This document shows, piece after piece, positions 34,803-44,980 of a stretch of DNA of 64,000 nucleotides. The position numbers and the translations under genes are program-made. Position 1 is the first letter of the stretch, and each line of letters starts with the position of its first letter. The DNA comes from an uncultured Candidatus Saccharibacteria bacterium (lineage in GTDB: Bacteria > Patescibacteriota > Minisyncoccia > Phycocordibacterales > UBA2100). The notes under the pieces are model-generated. The model did no database searches and was not told the origin of the DNA. It was given only the letters and a program-made list of their open reading frames with translations. The stretch is from NCBI GenBank assembly GCA_964623775.1, contig CAZUVH010000005.1, positions 1,546 to 65,545 of the forward strand. Reading direction: 5' to 3'.

Positions 34803-37304
34803 CTACTTTTTCTTCTCGGAGTCAATCTCTTCTTGCGCTTCAAATACGACGAATGATGCGAGCGAATCCCCTTCGCGCATTTTCATGACGCGGACGCCTT
34901 GTGTAGCGCGTGAGAGTGTCGGGATCTCATCGAGGCCCGTGCGGATGGTCTGGGATTTCTTGGACATCGCGACCAATTCACCATCGCCGAGAATGACTGA
35001 TGCACCGACAAGCTGCTTGGTCTTTGCGGTGATCGACATCGTCTTGATACCACTACCGCCTCGGCCTTGTATTTTGTATTCAGAAAGTTTGGTCTTCTTG
35101 CCATAGCCGCTCGAAGATACCGCGAGCAATTCTGCGTCTTTGGCATCTTTGGGTACGACGCCAGTGCCGACGATCGTGTCGCCACCACCGAGCTTGATAC
35201 CGCGCACGCCTGCCGCCTGGCGGCCCATTTCGCGCACATCTTTTTCATCAAATCGAATCGCCTGCCCTTTGGCCGTGACGAGGACGACGCTATCGCCTTT
35301 TTTTACGAAAGAAGCGGAGATGAGCGCGTCACCCTTGTCGAGATTGATCGCGATAAGCCCTGAGCGGCGGACTTCGTAGAATTTATTGGCGGCTACTTTC
35401 TTCACCGTACCGTCTTTGGTCGCCATGACGAGCGCGAGGCCTTCCACGACTTTCTTTTCCTTTGGCATCGCGAGGATCGAGGTGATCTGTTCATCCTGCT
35501 CAAGCGAGAGGAAATTCATGATCGACTTGCCTTTGGTCGCGCGCTTACCCTCTGGAAGATCGTACATCTTGAGCTGGTACACCTTGCCGCGATTCGAGAA
35601 AAAGAGGAGATCCGAGTGCGCGCTCGCCGTGAGGAATTGCGTCACGAAGTCCTCTTCTTTTGTATCAAGATCAACGACACCGACGCCGCCGCGCTTCTGA
35701 CGACGATACTCTGCCGGATTCGTGCGCTTGATATACCCACCGGATGTAAGTACGAGTACGGAATCTTCGTCGGCAATCAAATCTTCGGCCGAAAGGATGG
35801 TCGCGCCGCGCTTCACGATCTTGGTGCGGCGATCATCGCCGTATTTTTCGATGACTTCATTGATCTCTTTGGTGATGAGCGCCATCATCTTTTTTTCTGA
35901 CTTGAGAAGGGAAGTCAGATATTCGATCGCGGCCTGTACTTCGGCGAGCTCATCTTCGATCTTCTTGCGCTCGAGGCCAGAGAGGCGCTGGAGGCGCATT
36001 TCGAGGATCGCATTCGCCTGAATTTCAGAGAATTTGAATTTGCTCATGAGGCCGGCGCGGGCATCATCGGTATCTTTGGATTTCTTGATCAACTTAATGA
36101 TCTCGTCGATGTGATCGAGCGCCTTGGAGAGGCCGAGCAGAATATGCTCGCGCGCCTTCGCCTTTTCGAGGTCGAATTTCGTGCGGCGCGTAACCACTTC
36201 TTTGCGGTGCGCGATGAAGTATTCGAGCAGAGCCTTGAGCGAAAGTGTCTGGGGTACGCCATCGACGAGTGCGAGGACGTTGTAGTGGAAGGTGTCTTCG
36301 AGCTGCGTGTGTTTGTATAGGTAATTGAGCACCGTCTGGGCGTTGGCATTATTTTTAAGCTCGATCACGATGCGGATGTCTTTTGCAGATTCATCACGGA
36401 TGTCGCGGATGCCCTCGAGCTTCTTCTCGTGGACGAGGTCAGCAATTTTTGTAATCAAATCTGCCTTGACGACGCGATAGGGAATTGAGGTAACGATGAT
36501 TTGATAATCCCCTTTCTTCCCTTCTACGATTTCGGCATCGCCGCGCACAACGACCGGCCCGCGACCTGTCGAGTACGCGTGCTTAATGTCAGTCTGGTTG
36601 AAAGCGATGCAGCCGGTAGGGAAATCTGGTCCTTGTACAAACTGCATGAGATCTTCGGTCGTGGCATCAGGATTTTCGATGAGATGAATCGCAGCGGTGC
36701 ATACTTCTCGCAAATTATGCGGCGGGATGTTGGTCGCCATACCGACAGCGATGCCGAGTGTGCCATTCAAAAGAAGATTCGGGATCGCGGCAGGAAGTAC
36801 CGACGGCTCTTTTTTGGTGTTGTCATAATTCGGGCGGAAGTCGACAGTCTCCTTCTCGATATCCTTGAGCATCTCCCCTGCCAATTTGGACATTTTTGCC
36901 TCGGTATAACGGTATGCGGCTGCGCCGTCGCCGTCGATCGAGCCGAAGTTGCCCTGGCCGATGATGAGCGGATAGCGCATCGTAAAATCCTGCGCCATCT
37001 TGACCATCGAGTCGTACACCGCGACGTCGCCGTGCGGGTGGTATTTACCGATCACGTCGCCCACCACGGTAGCTGATTTGCGCGTCTTGGCACCTGAGTG
37101 GAGTCCCGCTTCGAGCATGGCGTAGAGAATGCGGCGGTGCACCGGCTTCAAGCCATCGCGCACATCCGGAAGCGCGCGGGCGGTGATGACGGTCATCGCA
37201 TAGTCGAGATACGACTCGCGCATTTCTGTCGTGATAGAACGCGACACAATTCCTTTTACGGGCACCGGATTTTCTGGTGCCTTTGCGTCTTTTTTCGCCG
37301 CCAT
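34803..37304 (-). CDS. gyrA: DNA gyrase subunit A
   Basis: 833 aa. Active-site region AAMRYTE-like ([10 protein letters not shown]). QRDR-like block [14 protein letters not shown]-terminal beta-pinwheel repeats. Confidence 0.92.
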   Translation of the reverse strand: MAAKKDAKAPENPVPVKGIVSRSITTEMRESYLDYAMTVITARALPDVRDGLKPVHRRILYAMLEAGLHSGAKTRKSATVVGDVIGKYHPHGDVAVYDSMVKMAQDFTMRYPLIIGQGNFGSIDGDGAAAYRYTEAKMSKLAGEMLKDIEKETVDFRPNYDNTKKEPSVLPAAIPNLLLNGTLGIAVGMATNIPPHNLREVCTAAIHLIENPDATTEDLMQFVQGPDFPTGCIAFNQTDIKHAYSTGRGPVVVRGDAEIVEGKKGDYQIIVTSIPYRVVKADLITKIADLVHEKKLEGIRDIRDESAKDIRIVIELKNNANAQTVLNYLYKHTQLEDTFHYNVLALVDGVPQTLSLKALLEYFIAHRKEVVTRRTKFDLEKAKAREHILLGLSKALDHIDEIIKLIKKSKDTDDARAGLMSKFKFSEIQANAILEMRLQRLSGLERKKIEDELAEVQAAIEYLTSLLKSEKKMMALITKEINEVIEKYGDDRRTKIVKRGATILSAEDLIADEDSVLVLTSGGYIKRTNPAEYRRQKRGGVGVVDLDTKEEDFVTQFLTASAHSDLLFFSNRGKVYQLKMYDLPEGKRATKGKSIMNFLSLEQDEQITSILAMPKEKKVVEGLALVMATKDGTVKKVAANKFYEVRRSGLIAINLDKGDALISASFVKKGDSVVLVTAKGQAIRFDEKDVREMGRQAAGVRGIKLGGGDTIVGTGVVPKDAKDAELLAVSSSGYGKKTKLSEYKIQGRGGSGIKTMSITAKTKQLVGASVILGDGELVAMSKKSQTIRTGLDEIPTLSRATQGVRVMKMREGDSLASFVVFEAQEEIDSEKKK

Positions 37305-37344
37305 ATTTTCACGATTCTATCACAAAATGAGCCCTATTTCACGC

Positions 37345-37373
37345 TTGACAGTGCCATGTTGTGGTGCTATAAT
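37345..37373 (+). promoter_or_regulatory. Perfect sigma70 consensus promoter
   Basis: TTGACA-17 nt-TATAAT. Confidence 0.7.
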
Positions 37374-37402
37374 GTAAATTGGAACATCAAGGGAGGAGCT
37401 CC

Positions 37403-37735
37403 ATGACTGAGCCGTTTGTCTGGTGTCGTAGGTATTCGTATTTCCAGAAAAAGGAAAACGACCAAGTGTACCACCCTACTCACCTTCCGCCTGCCGGTTC
37501 GGTCGCTCGCTCCGAACCGAGAAAGGCAAAAACTCGGCCGGTGTTGAAGTCGGTCGAATCCCACGAGGATGACTGCATTCGCCTTCCCTCGCACAGCTCC
37601 CACAAGTGGACTGAGAGCGAAGGAGAGCGCGAGTGGTCGTTCAGCAATGACGTCAATTGCTGGAAAACCCAACGCCGCTCGAAGTGGCGCCGCACCAGGA
37701 GCTGCACCATTCTGCCGTCGGAGGTTCGTGTCTGA
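37403..37735 (+). other. Small ORF (110 aa, W/R/S/C-rich, no hydrophobic core) or roughly 400-nt ncRNA, driven by the consensus promoter
   Basis: AAGGGAGGAG RBS + ATG. Translation looks non-protein-like. Enclosed by promoter and strong terminator. Confidence 0.35.
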
Positions 37736-37750
37736 GCTTTTCTCACATTC

Positions 37751-37791
37751 GCCGCCGCGCATCTTCGGATGTCGCGGCGGTTTCTTTTTTT
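37751..37791 (+). terminator. Strong rho-independent terminator with UUCG tetraloop
   Basis: CCGCCGCGCATC-TTCG-GATGTCGCGGCGG-TTTCTTTTTTT. Confidence 0.8.
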
Positions 37792-37885
37792 AAAAAATGA
37801 GGGATCTATTGACAACCTGACAACTGGTTGTACTGTGCATTTAGTTGCTTTCGATGCGTACAAACAAGAAAACTGGAGAACCGTG

Positions 37886-38041
37886 ATGTGCAATGAAATG
37901 AAGAAAGTGGGCCGATACGAGAAAATACGTGCAGAAGAGAGGCAGGCAAAAATCTTTCTGTACGGCTGTGCAGTTGTCATCACACTCGTGACCGGCATCT
38001 ACATGTTCCTACAGAATTCTCCTGCACCTTCGATTCACTGA
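37886..38041 (+). CDS. Hypothetical 51-aa membrane peptide
   Basis: GGAG RBS. Single TM. Followed by the bidirectional terminator at 38056-38090. Confidence 0.35.
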   Translation: MCNEMKKVGRYEKIRAEERQAKIFLYGCAVVITLVTGIYMFLQNSPAPSIH

Positions 38042-38055
38042 GGTGCAGTGCCCCG

Positions 38056-38090
38056 ACCGCCGCGTCCACGGACGCGGCGGTATTTTTTTT
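38056..38090. terminator. Bidirectional terminator
   Basis: ACCGCCGCGTCC-ACG-GACGCGGCGGT-ATTTTTTTT. Confidence 0.75.
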
Positions 38091-38475
38091 AAATACCGTT
38101 AGGATTAATGAATTGGTTGGTATCCGATTCCCCCACCTGCATCACCGTCTGCTGCTGCACCGCACCACTAGAATTATTTTGATTGCGTAGATCCTGAAGA
38201 TCCTGATTTGATTCTGCACCACGATTATTGATCATCTGCTGCGCCTCTCGGACAGACGTCGGATTGAAATCATTCTGCGCACCGCTGTCGATCTGCATCT
38301 GTTGCGAATTGTTCCTTATTTTCTGTATGAAAAAATACCCCCACGCGATCATGAGGATGATGACGACCGTGATCGCGATGCCGCCTGCGACCACCTTCTT
38401 TTCGTCCTTTTCATTATTCCCTCCCGCGGCTTTCTCGATTCCGGTCTGGACCATCGAGTAATTATAACGCACCAA
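38089..38475 (-). CDS. Membrane-anchored Gln/Asn-rich hypothetical protein
   Basis: One TM helix. Low-complexity Q/N-rich C-terminal region. Confidence 0.4.
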   Translation of the reverse strand: MVRYNYSMVQTGIEKAAGGNNEKDEKKVVAGGIAITVVIILMIAWGYFFIQKIRNNSQQMQIDSGAQNDFNPTSVREAQQMINNRGAESNQDLQDLRNQNNSSGAVQQQTVMQVGESDTNQFINPNGI

Positions 38476-38528
38476 TGGCTTGAGGGGCCGTTGTTTGATA
38501 CAGTCGGGTGCAGGAAAGGGAGGTGCTC

Positions 38529-38774
38529 ATGCCAAAGCTTGAGAGTGGTTCGGAAGAAATCATCGTGAGTTTTCGTCGCGGGACGTCTGCGCAGAAAATC
38601 CTCGAACTCGTCGCGGCACAGAATTGCACGCTGCACAACAACTTTGACGGATCGACCCGCGTCAATATCGTCCTCGTCCCGGCAGGCAAACGGCAGGAGA
38701 TGATCAAAAAATTTCAGGCACTGCCCGAAGTCGAACGTGCCTACAGCGCCGGAACACCGACGTTTTTTTCATAA
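38529..38774 (+). CDS. Hypothetical protein, 81 aa
   Basis: AGGGAGG RBS. Terminator AACCTCGC...GCGAGGTT-TTCGTTT at 38781-38810. Confidence 0.5.
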   Translation: MPKLESGSEEIIVSFRRGTSAQKILELVAAQNCTLHNNFDGSTRVNIVLVPAGKRQEMIKKFQALPEVERAYSAGTPTFFS

Positions 38775-38817
38775 CACATTAACCTCGCCTCCACCGCGAG
38801 GTTTTCGTTTGCCAAGC

Positions 38818-39438
38818 TTAGGCCGCGAGCACGACGACATCGCCGTCTTTGCCCACCAGATCTTTGCGCTTGAGTGTGAGCTTATCTACCGGCTTCACAC
38901 CTTCGTCGCCTGCTTCTTTCAAAAATTGTTTGAGCGTCTTGTCGTCGTAGAGGATCGGGATGATGAGCTTGGCTTCGAGCTTCACGGCGAGCTTCGCTGC
39001 TTCTGCGGGATTGAGCGTGCCCTTGCCGCCGATCGGGATGATGAGAATATCGGGCGAATCCATTTCCAAAATTTCAGAAGGAAGATCGAGGTCGCCAAGC
39101 GCGCCCATGTACATCACATTGATATCATCGAAGAGCACCGAGTAGACTGTATTTATTTTCCCCTCACCACCATAGGTCGAGCCTGATGGGAATCCGGCGA
39201 CGGTCGTCTCTTTGACTTCGTACTCGCCAGCGCCATCGACGACAAAAGGCTGCTTGTCGCCACGACCAGCTTCTTCGGCACCGTTCATGTCAGGATGATT
39301 GAGTGAGATGAGTGCGACGTCCGCACCGAAATTCGTCGGTTTGAATTCTTTACTCTTCTTTGAGATCGGGCCAAATACGAGCGTCGTATCGCCCGCCACC
39401 GCCTTTACGCAACTACCTTCGTGGAATGTGAGAATCAT
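38818..39438 (-). CDS. MBL-fold metal-dependent hydrolase (UPF0173-like)
   Basis: MILTFHEGSCVKAVAGDTTLVFGP...SLNHPDM... metallo-beta-lactamase-fold pattern. Confidence 0.6.
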   Translation of the reverse strand: MILTFHEGSCVKAVAGDTTLVFGPISKKSKEFKPTNFGADVALISLNHPDMNGAEEAGRGDKQPFVVDGAGEYEVKETTVAGFPSGSTYGGEGKINTVYSVLFDDINVMYMGALGDLDLPSEILEMDSPDILIIPIGGKGTLNPAEAAKLAVKLEAKLIIPILYDDKTLKQFLKEAGDEGVKPVDKLTLKRKDLVGKDGDVVVLAA

Positions 39439-39528
39439 GCGGGCTAGTATACCGCGCAATCTTACAATTCGCACAGATTTGCAATATTACGTATTTATTG
39501 TATAATGGTCGCGGCAAAGGAGGATCCC

Positions 39529-39738
39529 ATGACCCCGGCTCAAATCGACGCCCTGCGACAAAGGTTTGCTGGGCACACCAACGTTTTGAAACTGATCGAT
39601 CACTTTGAGGAGAAAGATCCTCGCATTCTCGAATCACTCGGCTATATGACCGAGGAGGGTCTTCTGAAGTCCACGGGACTGCGCTTCACTGATATCGACA
39701 ACTTCAGTAAGGACGTGATGGAGAAGATCAAACGTTGA
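39529..39738 (+). CDS. Hypothetical protein, 69 aa
   Basis: AGGAGG RBS. Terminator AGCCCCCGG...CCGGGGGCT at 39751-39777. Confidence 0.5.
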   Translation: MTPAQIDALRQRFAGHTNVLKLIDHFEEKDPRILESLGYMTEEGLLKSTGLRFTDIDNFSKDVMEKIKR

Positions 39739-39910
39739 GAATCCTTACTCAGCCCCCGGAAATAACCCGGGGGCTTTGACTTTACTGGGCTCCTTCTATA
39801 TATTGTGTCCACGGGCTCAGGCCCGATTATTAATTAATAGTACGTTTGGGTAACGCTTCCCTTCCGATAGCCAAGGTAGCGCAAGAAGGATAGCCTCAAA
39901 CGAATCACAC

Positions 39911-41038
39911 ATGTCTACAGCAACATCCGCCCAAGGCGGATCGGCCCTGGGCCGAGACGAGAATGAGGAAGTTATATTAGAAAAGACCGGCCCAATGGCC
40001 GAGTTCTTGAAGATCGCTCCGGAGCCGCCGGTAATCGACGATGTCGTCGAGGGTCCGGTCATCGCGATCGGCCGCGCACGCGTATTCGTAGATCTCCACC
40101 CGTTTGGTACTGGTATCATCTATGGCCGCGAATACCTCTCGGCACGCGAGACTTTGAAGAATGTAAATATCGGCGACACGGTGACCGCCAAGGTCGTCGG
40201 CGCTGAAAATGAAGACGGCTACATCGAGCTCTCGCTCCGCGAAGCTCGCCAGGCACTCATCTGGAACGAAGCCGAGACAGCGATGCAGAAAAAGTCATCG
40301 TTCGAACTTGCAATCACCGATGCCAACAAGGGCGGTCTCATCATCAATTGGAACGGCATTCAGGGATTCCTCCCTGCATCGCAGCTCTCACCTGCTCACT
40401 ATCCGCGCGTCCCGGACGGCGATAAGGAGAAGATTTTTGCAGAGCTCAAGCGCATGGTCGGCACCAAGCTCGAGGTCATGATCATCACCGCAAATCCGAA
40501 AGAGCAGAAGCTCATCTTCAGCGAAAAGGGTGCGGGCGTATCCGAACGAGCATCGCTCGTCGAGAAGTATCACATCGGCGATGTCTTGGACGGCGTCGTT
40601 ACTGGTGCCACCGAATTCGGCGTCTTCGTAAAGATCGAAGAGGGATTGGAAGGACTCGTGCACATTTCCGAAATGGATTGGGCACTCGTCGAGAATCCGA
40701 AGAGCCGCTACAAGGCAGGCGATGCAGTCAAGGTGAAAGTCATCGAGATCAAAGACGACAAGATCTCTCTCTCAATCAAGGCACTCGTAGACGATCCGTG
40801 GAAGGCCGCAGGTGCGAAGTACAAGAAGGACGACAAGGTGGAAGCCGTCGTCATCAAGTACAACAAGCACGGCGCGCTCGCCTCGATCGAGGAAGGCGTC
40901 GCAGGATTGGTACACGTGTCCGAATACGGCACCGAGGACGAACTTCGCGCGAAGCTCGAGCTCGGCAAGGTGTATCCATTCACCATTACCTTCTTCGAAC
41001 CAAAAGATCGTCGCATGACTCTAAAGCCGGTTCAGTAA
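39911..41038 (+). CDS. rpsA: 30S ribosomal protein S1 (short, 4 S1 domains). Start uncertain
   Basis: Repeated S1-domain blocks GDVLDGVVTGATEFGVFVKI, GDAVKVKVIEIKDDKISLSIK. Terminator at 41061-41090. Confidence 0.8.
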   Translation: MSTATSAQGGSALGRDENEEVILEKTGPMAEFLKIAPEPPVIDDVVEGPVIAIGRARVFVDLHPFGTGIIYGREYLSARETLKNVNIGDTVTAKVVGAENEDGYIELSLREARQALIWNEAETAMQKKSSFELAITDANKGGLIINWNGIQGFLPASQLSPAHYPRVPDGDKEKIFAELKRMVGTKLEVMIITANPKEQKLIFSEKGAGVSERASLVEKYHIGDVLDGVVTGATEFGVFVKIEEGLEGLVHISEMDWALVENPKSRYKAGDAVKVKVIEIKDDKISLSIKALVDDPWKAAGAKYKKDDKVEAVVIKYNKHGALASIEEGVAGLVHVSEYGTEDELRAKLELGKVYPFTITFFEPKDRRMTLKPVQ

Positions 41039-41101
41039 ATCGATCTAACGATCAAAAAGAAAAACCGCCAGCGCAAGCTGGCGGTTTTTTGATCCGAGTC
41101 G

Positions 41102-41389
41102 CTACTCGGCGAATTTGCAATTCTGGATGAAAAGAACGAGCGGATTGATCGCGACCGCAGATATGTGGTCGGATACTGACGTGCCACCGATCTCATGTGC
41201 GAGTGATTCAATGTGATCAATTACCGCTTGCCGATAGCACCTATGCCGGCAGTCGCATATGTCGCCGACTTTCTCCAGTATCGCTTTTGCACGCCCGAGT
41301 CGGAGCTCCTCCGCCGAGAACGCTTTGTTGCGGTCGCGCGTCTCCCGTATGCGCGACTCAAAGATGTGAATGAGTGTTTGAAACTGCAT
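41102..41389 (-). CDS. Hypothetical protein, 95 aa
   Basis: Non-repetitive ORF between bidirectional terminator and an ambiguous upstream region. Confidence 0.4.
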   Translation of the reverse strand: MQFQTLIHIFESRIRETRDRNKAFSAEELRLGRAKAILEKVGDICDCRHRCYRQAVIDHIESLAHEIGGTSVSDHISAVAINPLVLFIQNCKFAE

Positions 41390-41885
41390 ATCAGCCTCCG
41401 AAGCATTCAGTGAGAAATGCGCGTACTCGGAATAAGGCGGGGAAACGCGAGCTGAGGAAATAGTGATTGTGTCCGCAATGACAAGTCAGATATTCGTTGT
41501 AGCCCGGGAATCCGTGCGCATAATCGATCGATACGTGAGGGCCGTGTCTCAAAAGATAGAGCGGCAATCTGCGCGGCGAACCATGTTTCGGATCACCAAC
41601 TGGCCATTCACCAAAATCGACCTCGCCGACCTGGATTGGAGCAAACAAGAGTCTGATTTGATTCCCACGCGAAATCTCCGAGGGTACGCGCGCTGCGGAA
41701 TGATCCTGCTTATGGAATTTTGCATACGCCCGATCTTTTCTGAAGGTCTCAGCGTCGATGATGCGGCCCATTTTTCTCTCCTATTGAACTGAGACAAGAG
41801 TACGTGGTATTTGATACGGGTCAATCTGTTTGACATGAATTTAAAAAATATGTATTGTAATAAAAGGAAATCAACGGAGACTCCC

Positions 41886-42206
41886 ATGAAAAACGCGCTT
41901 GTAATTGCAGTCTTACTATTCACACTGCCCGGCCCTGCCCTAGCAAGCGACAAGCCGCTCGAAGTAGTCTGCGTCCTCAAGGATGAGGCGGTCGCACGCA
42001 TCAACCTGTTTATCGATGGGTATCAGAGGTTGAGTGGGAAGATCCTCTCCGTAGAGGAGCGGGCCGACATGCTCTCTGACGCACAGAGCATGCTCCCCTC
42101 GTATCTGCGGGTCGTCGAGACCAAGGCGGATTGCCCCAAAGGCACGCGGATCTACCGCACGTCGACGGACCCCAATATCAGACCTCACTACGAGGACAAT
42201 AAATGA
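41886..42206 (+). CDS. Small secreted protein
   Basis: GGAG RBS. Signal peptide MKNALVIAVLLFTLPGPALASD. Terminator AAAGCCCCGAC-GAA-GTCGGGGCTTT at 42209-42240. Confidence 0.55.
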   Translation: MKNALVIAVLLFTLPGPALASDKPLEVVCVLKDEAVARINLFIDGYQRLSGKILSVEERADMLSDAQSMLPSYLRVVETKADCPKGTRIYRTSTDPNIRPHYEDNK

Positions 42207-42234
42207 GCAAAAGCCCCGACGAAGTCGGGGCTTT

Positions 42235-42834
42235 CTATTTGGCGGTATTAAACTCGTTCATCGCGCGCTCGTGACCGTGGAGGACGGTCGTCTCGAGTGC
42301 GACGGAGATTTTTTTGAAAAGGCGATTCAATTCTTCCATTTGCGCGGAAGTGAATTTTGCCAAGATAAAAGTGTTGACCACTTTTTTCCCTTCCGGCTTC
42401 TTCAGATTACCCGCGGCGGTCGAGGGTGAGACGCCGATTCTGATGCGCGTGAATTTTTTCGTCTTGACCGAACGCATAATCGACTCCAATCCTTTGTGCC
42501 CGCCCGATCCGCGATCGTACGACATCTTTACTGCGCCAAGCGGGAGATCAAGATCGTCGTACACGACGATCATGCGCTCCGCGAGTTTCGGACTTTTGAC
42601 CAATTTTGCGACCGCGAGGCCGGATTTGTTCATAAATGTGTCGGGCAAAAGGAGTGCGACGACATTTTTGTCGATCATGCCGGAGGAGGTGGTCGATTTC
42701 GTCTTCTTGTCTGTGTGCCAACCACTAAAATTTTTCTCTTTTGCAAAAAATTCCACCGCCATGCGACCCGCATTGTGCCGCGTCTTTGCGTATTCCTCTC
42801 CCGGATTACCGAGACCGACGATTACCCATCCCAT
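42235..42834 (-). CDS. pth: Peptidyl-tRNA hydrolase
   Basis: MGWVIVGLGNPG...HNAG... Pth signature. Catalytic His context. Confidence 0.9.
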   Translation of the reverse strand: MGWVIVGLGNPGEEYAKTRHNAGRMAVEFFAKEKNFSGWHTDKKTKSTTSSGMIDKNVVALLLPDTFMNKSGLAVAKLVKSPKLAERMIVVYDDLDLPLGAVKMSYDRGSGGHKGLESIMRSVKTKKFTRIRIGVSPSTAAGNLKKPEGKKVVNTFILAKFTSAQMEELNRLFKKISVALETTVLHGHERAMNEFNTAK

Positions 42835-43010
42835 GGCGATACATAGTAGCAGATTTTCTAGGTGCGCAAGACTGTCGGAGTTCGCGTCGCACAATTTTTG
42901 AAAAAAATTCTGGACAAAATGAAAAAATCAACGTGAGTTATCCACAATTCGCTCGGCACCACCCTAAAGCACTTGGTGTCAATGATGGCGACGTAGTAAA
43001 ATGCGCGCAC

Positions 43011-43613
43011 ATGCCTCCATCCGTGATGCCAAATGTTCCATCACCGGAGACTCAAAAGAGTGGATCTCGTTCGTTGCTGGGTTATACACTCGTCGCACTC
43101 GCCGTCGCGCTCTTCATACGCTTCTTTATTGCGGCACCATACGTCGTTTCCGGCGCATCGATGGAGCCTGTATTCGACAATTGGCACTATCTCATCGTCG
43201 ATCGCGTCTCATATAGATTGAGTGATCCACAGCGTGGCGACGTTGTCGTCTTCAATATGCCGGGAGACAGCGGCCGAGCACTCATCAAGCGCATCATCGG
43301 CCTGCCGGGCGAGACAATAATCCTTTTTGGCGACGGACCAGGCGTGACCATCATCAACGAAGAGCACCCCGAGGGGCTCACTATCGACGAACCATACCTC
43401 GACCCGACCAATCTGGGCGGCGCTACCGACATGAGAGTTAATTTGGGTGCCAATCAGTACTTCGTGCTCGGCGACAATCGCCGCGTCTCATCGGATTCCC
43501 GCATCTGGGGCGCACTCCCGCGCCAAGATATCGTCGGGCGCGCACTCCTTCGTCTCTACCCGCTCGACAAGCTCGGCGTCTTGCCGGGAGAAGTACGCTA
43601 CCAAACGGATTAA
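43011..43613 (+). CDS. lepB: Signal peptidase I. Start uncertain (43011 or 43026)
   Basis: SGASMEP (catalytic Ser), KRIIGLPGE, GDNR..SSDSR boxes. Confidence 0.85.
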   Translation: MPPSVMPNVPSPETQKSGSRSLLGYTLVALAVALFIRFFIAAPYVVSGASMEPVFDNWHYLIVDRVSYRLSDPQRGDVVVFNMPGDSGRALIKRIIGLPGETIILFGDGPGVTIINEEHPEGLTIDEPYLDPTNLGGATDMRVNLGANQYFVLGDNRRVSSDSRIWGALPRQDIVGRALLRLYPLDKLGVLPGEVRYQTD

Positions 43614-43629
43614 TAGCCAATAAATTATT

Positions 43630-44853
43630 ATGATTCGACTCAAAGATACGAAGTTTGGAACAACTTCATCGTTTCTTAATCATGCGATCCGCGTTGCGGA
43701 ATTCTACGGCTTCGCACCGCTCGACGAGATGGATCGCCAGAGTCTGAATATCAATCGCACCAAGAACAAGCCCAAGGGCGACTCCGATTTCACCTTCACG
43801 AGGCGCGACGAGCGCTCCCTCCCAGCGGGTGTGCGCAAATGCGTGGCGTGCGTGCCGGTCAAGGTCAATGCGGAAAATGTGCAGACGCGCGAACCGCTCC
43901 TCGCGTGGCGCGTGTCGGGAGGCACGGCTGCGATGCCGACCAAGGGACTCGAGCTCCATGTGATCGGTACATCCTCCGCGCTTGCCGAGGCACTCCTCAT
44001 CGTCGTTGCGCACGCGATCACTCAAGAGGCCGGTATCAAGCAGCGCGTCTTGTGCGTCAACAACATCGGTTCATACGAATCATCCAATCGATACGTGCGC
44101 GACGTCGGCGTGTATCTGCGCAAGCATATCGAATCAATCAGTCCCACGCTGCGTCCGCGCATCGTCGACGATCCGCTCGGCACGCTCATCCAGCTCATCG
44201 AAAAGGGTCACCCAGCAATCCCACGTGCGCCACAAGCAATGGAATACCTGACCGAAGAAGAGCGCCGCCGATTCTGGGAATTGCTCGAATACCTCGAGAT
44301 CTTCGGATTGCCCTACGAATTGAATGCGCAGGTCCTCGGCAGCCGCGATCTATGGGCACACTCGCTCTACGAAATCTCGGCCGTCGATGAAGAGACGGGC
44401 GCACGCATCGCACTCGCTTTCGGCGGACGCAATGATCCGCTCGCGACGCGCCTCGCTGGTCGCCACACGCCTGCCGCCATGATCACGATCTCGTGCGAAG
44501 TACGCGGCTCGACGCGCGTGAAGCAGGATGCGCGCGGACTTCCGGGTATCTATTTTGCTCATCTCGGCGGCGAAGCGCGCCGTCGCTCACTCTCAGTGAT
44601 GGAGAACCTGCGCAACGCTGCAATCCCTGTGCACCATGGGCTTTGCTACGATCGGATCGGCGAACAAATGGCCGCAGCCCGCTCCCTCGCCGTGCCGTAC
44701 GTGCTCATCATGGGTCACAAAGAAGCGATGGAGGGCACGATCCTCGTGCGCGAAGTCGCCACGAATTCGCAGCAAGCCGTCCCCGTCGCCGAACTCCCCA
44801 ATTACATCAAGCGTCGCCGCGTAGGTAGCTGGAAAATGTCCGAGAAGGCATAG
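43630..44853 (+). CDS. hisS: Histidyl-tRNA synthetase-like class II aaRS (divergent; HisRS/HisZ family)
   Basis: GGRNDPL (HisRS GGRYD motif). C-terminal anticodon-binding-domain block AVPYVLIMGHKEAMEGTILVREV. Motif 2 weak. Confidence 0.55.
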   Translation: MIRLKDTKFGTTSSFLNHAIRVAEFYGFAPLDEMDRQSLNINRTKNKPKGDSDFTFTRRDERSLPAGVRKCVACVPVKVNAENVQTREPLLAWRVSGGTAAMPTKGLELHVIGTSSALAEALLIVVAHAITQEAGIKQRVLCVNNIGSYESSNRYVRDVGVYLRKHIESISPTLRPRIVDDPLGTLIQLIEKGHPAIPRAPQAMEYLTEEERRRFWELLEYLEIFGLPYELNAQVLGSRDLWAHSLYEISAVDEETGARIALAFGGRNDPLATRLAGRHTPAAMITISCEVRGSTRVKQDARGLPGIYFAHLGGEARRRSLSVMENLRNAAIPVHHGLCYDRIGEQMAAARSLAVPYVLIMGHKEAMEGTILVREVATNSQQAVPVAELPNYIKRRRVGSWKMSEKA

Positions 44854-44980
44854 CGCATAGAGGGCGCGAGGCCGTCCGGTATTTCCCGGACGGCCTTTTT
44901 TGAATGTTCATGAATGGGTCATGATTCATTACTGCTTGGACAATGACCCCGTACAGTTACGGCAGTTTATTAATTAACTA

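Noticed and set aside
35067-37076. Several plus-strand ORFs antisense to gyrA
   Set aside because: gyrA on the minus strand is clear. These are antisense artefacts.
37372-37750. tmRNA or RNase P RNA assignment for the promoter-terminator cassette
   Set aside because: No tRNA-like 5'/3' acceptor pairing, no tag-peptide reading frame ending in GC.GC.TAA, and none of the RNase P P4 or GUGAAA conserved strings. It may still be another ncRNA.
43666-44775. Minus-strand and alternate-frame ORFs inside hisS-like gene
   Set aside because: Arg-rich GC artefacts within a gene that has clear aaRS motifs.
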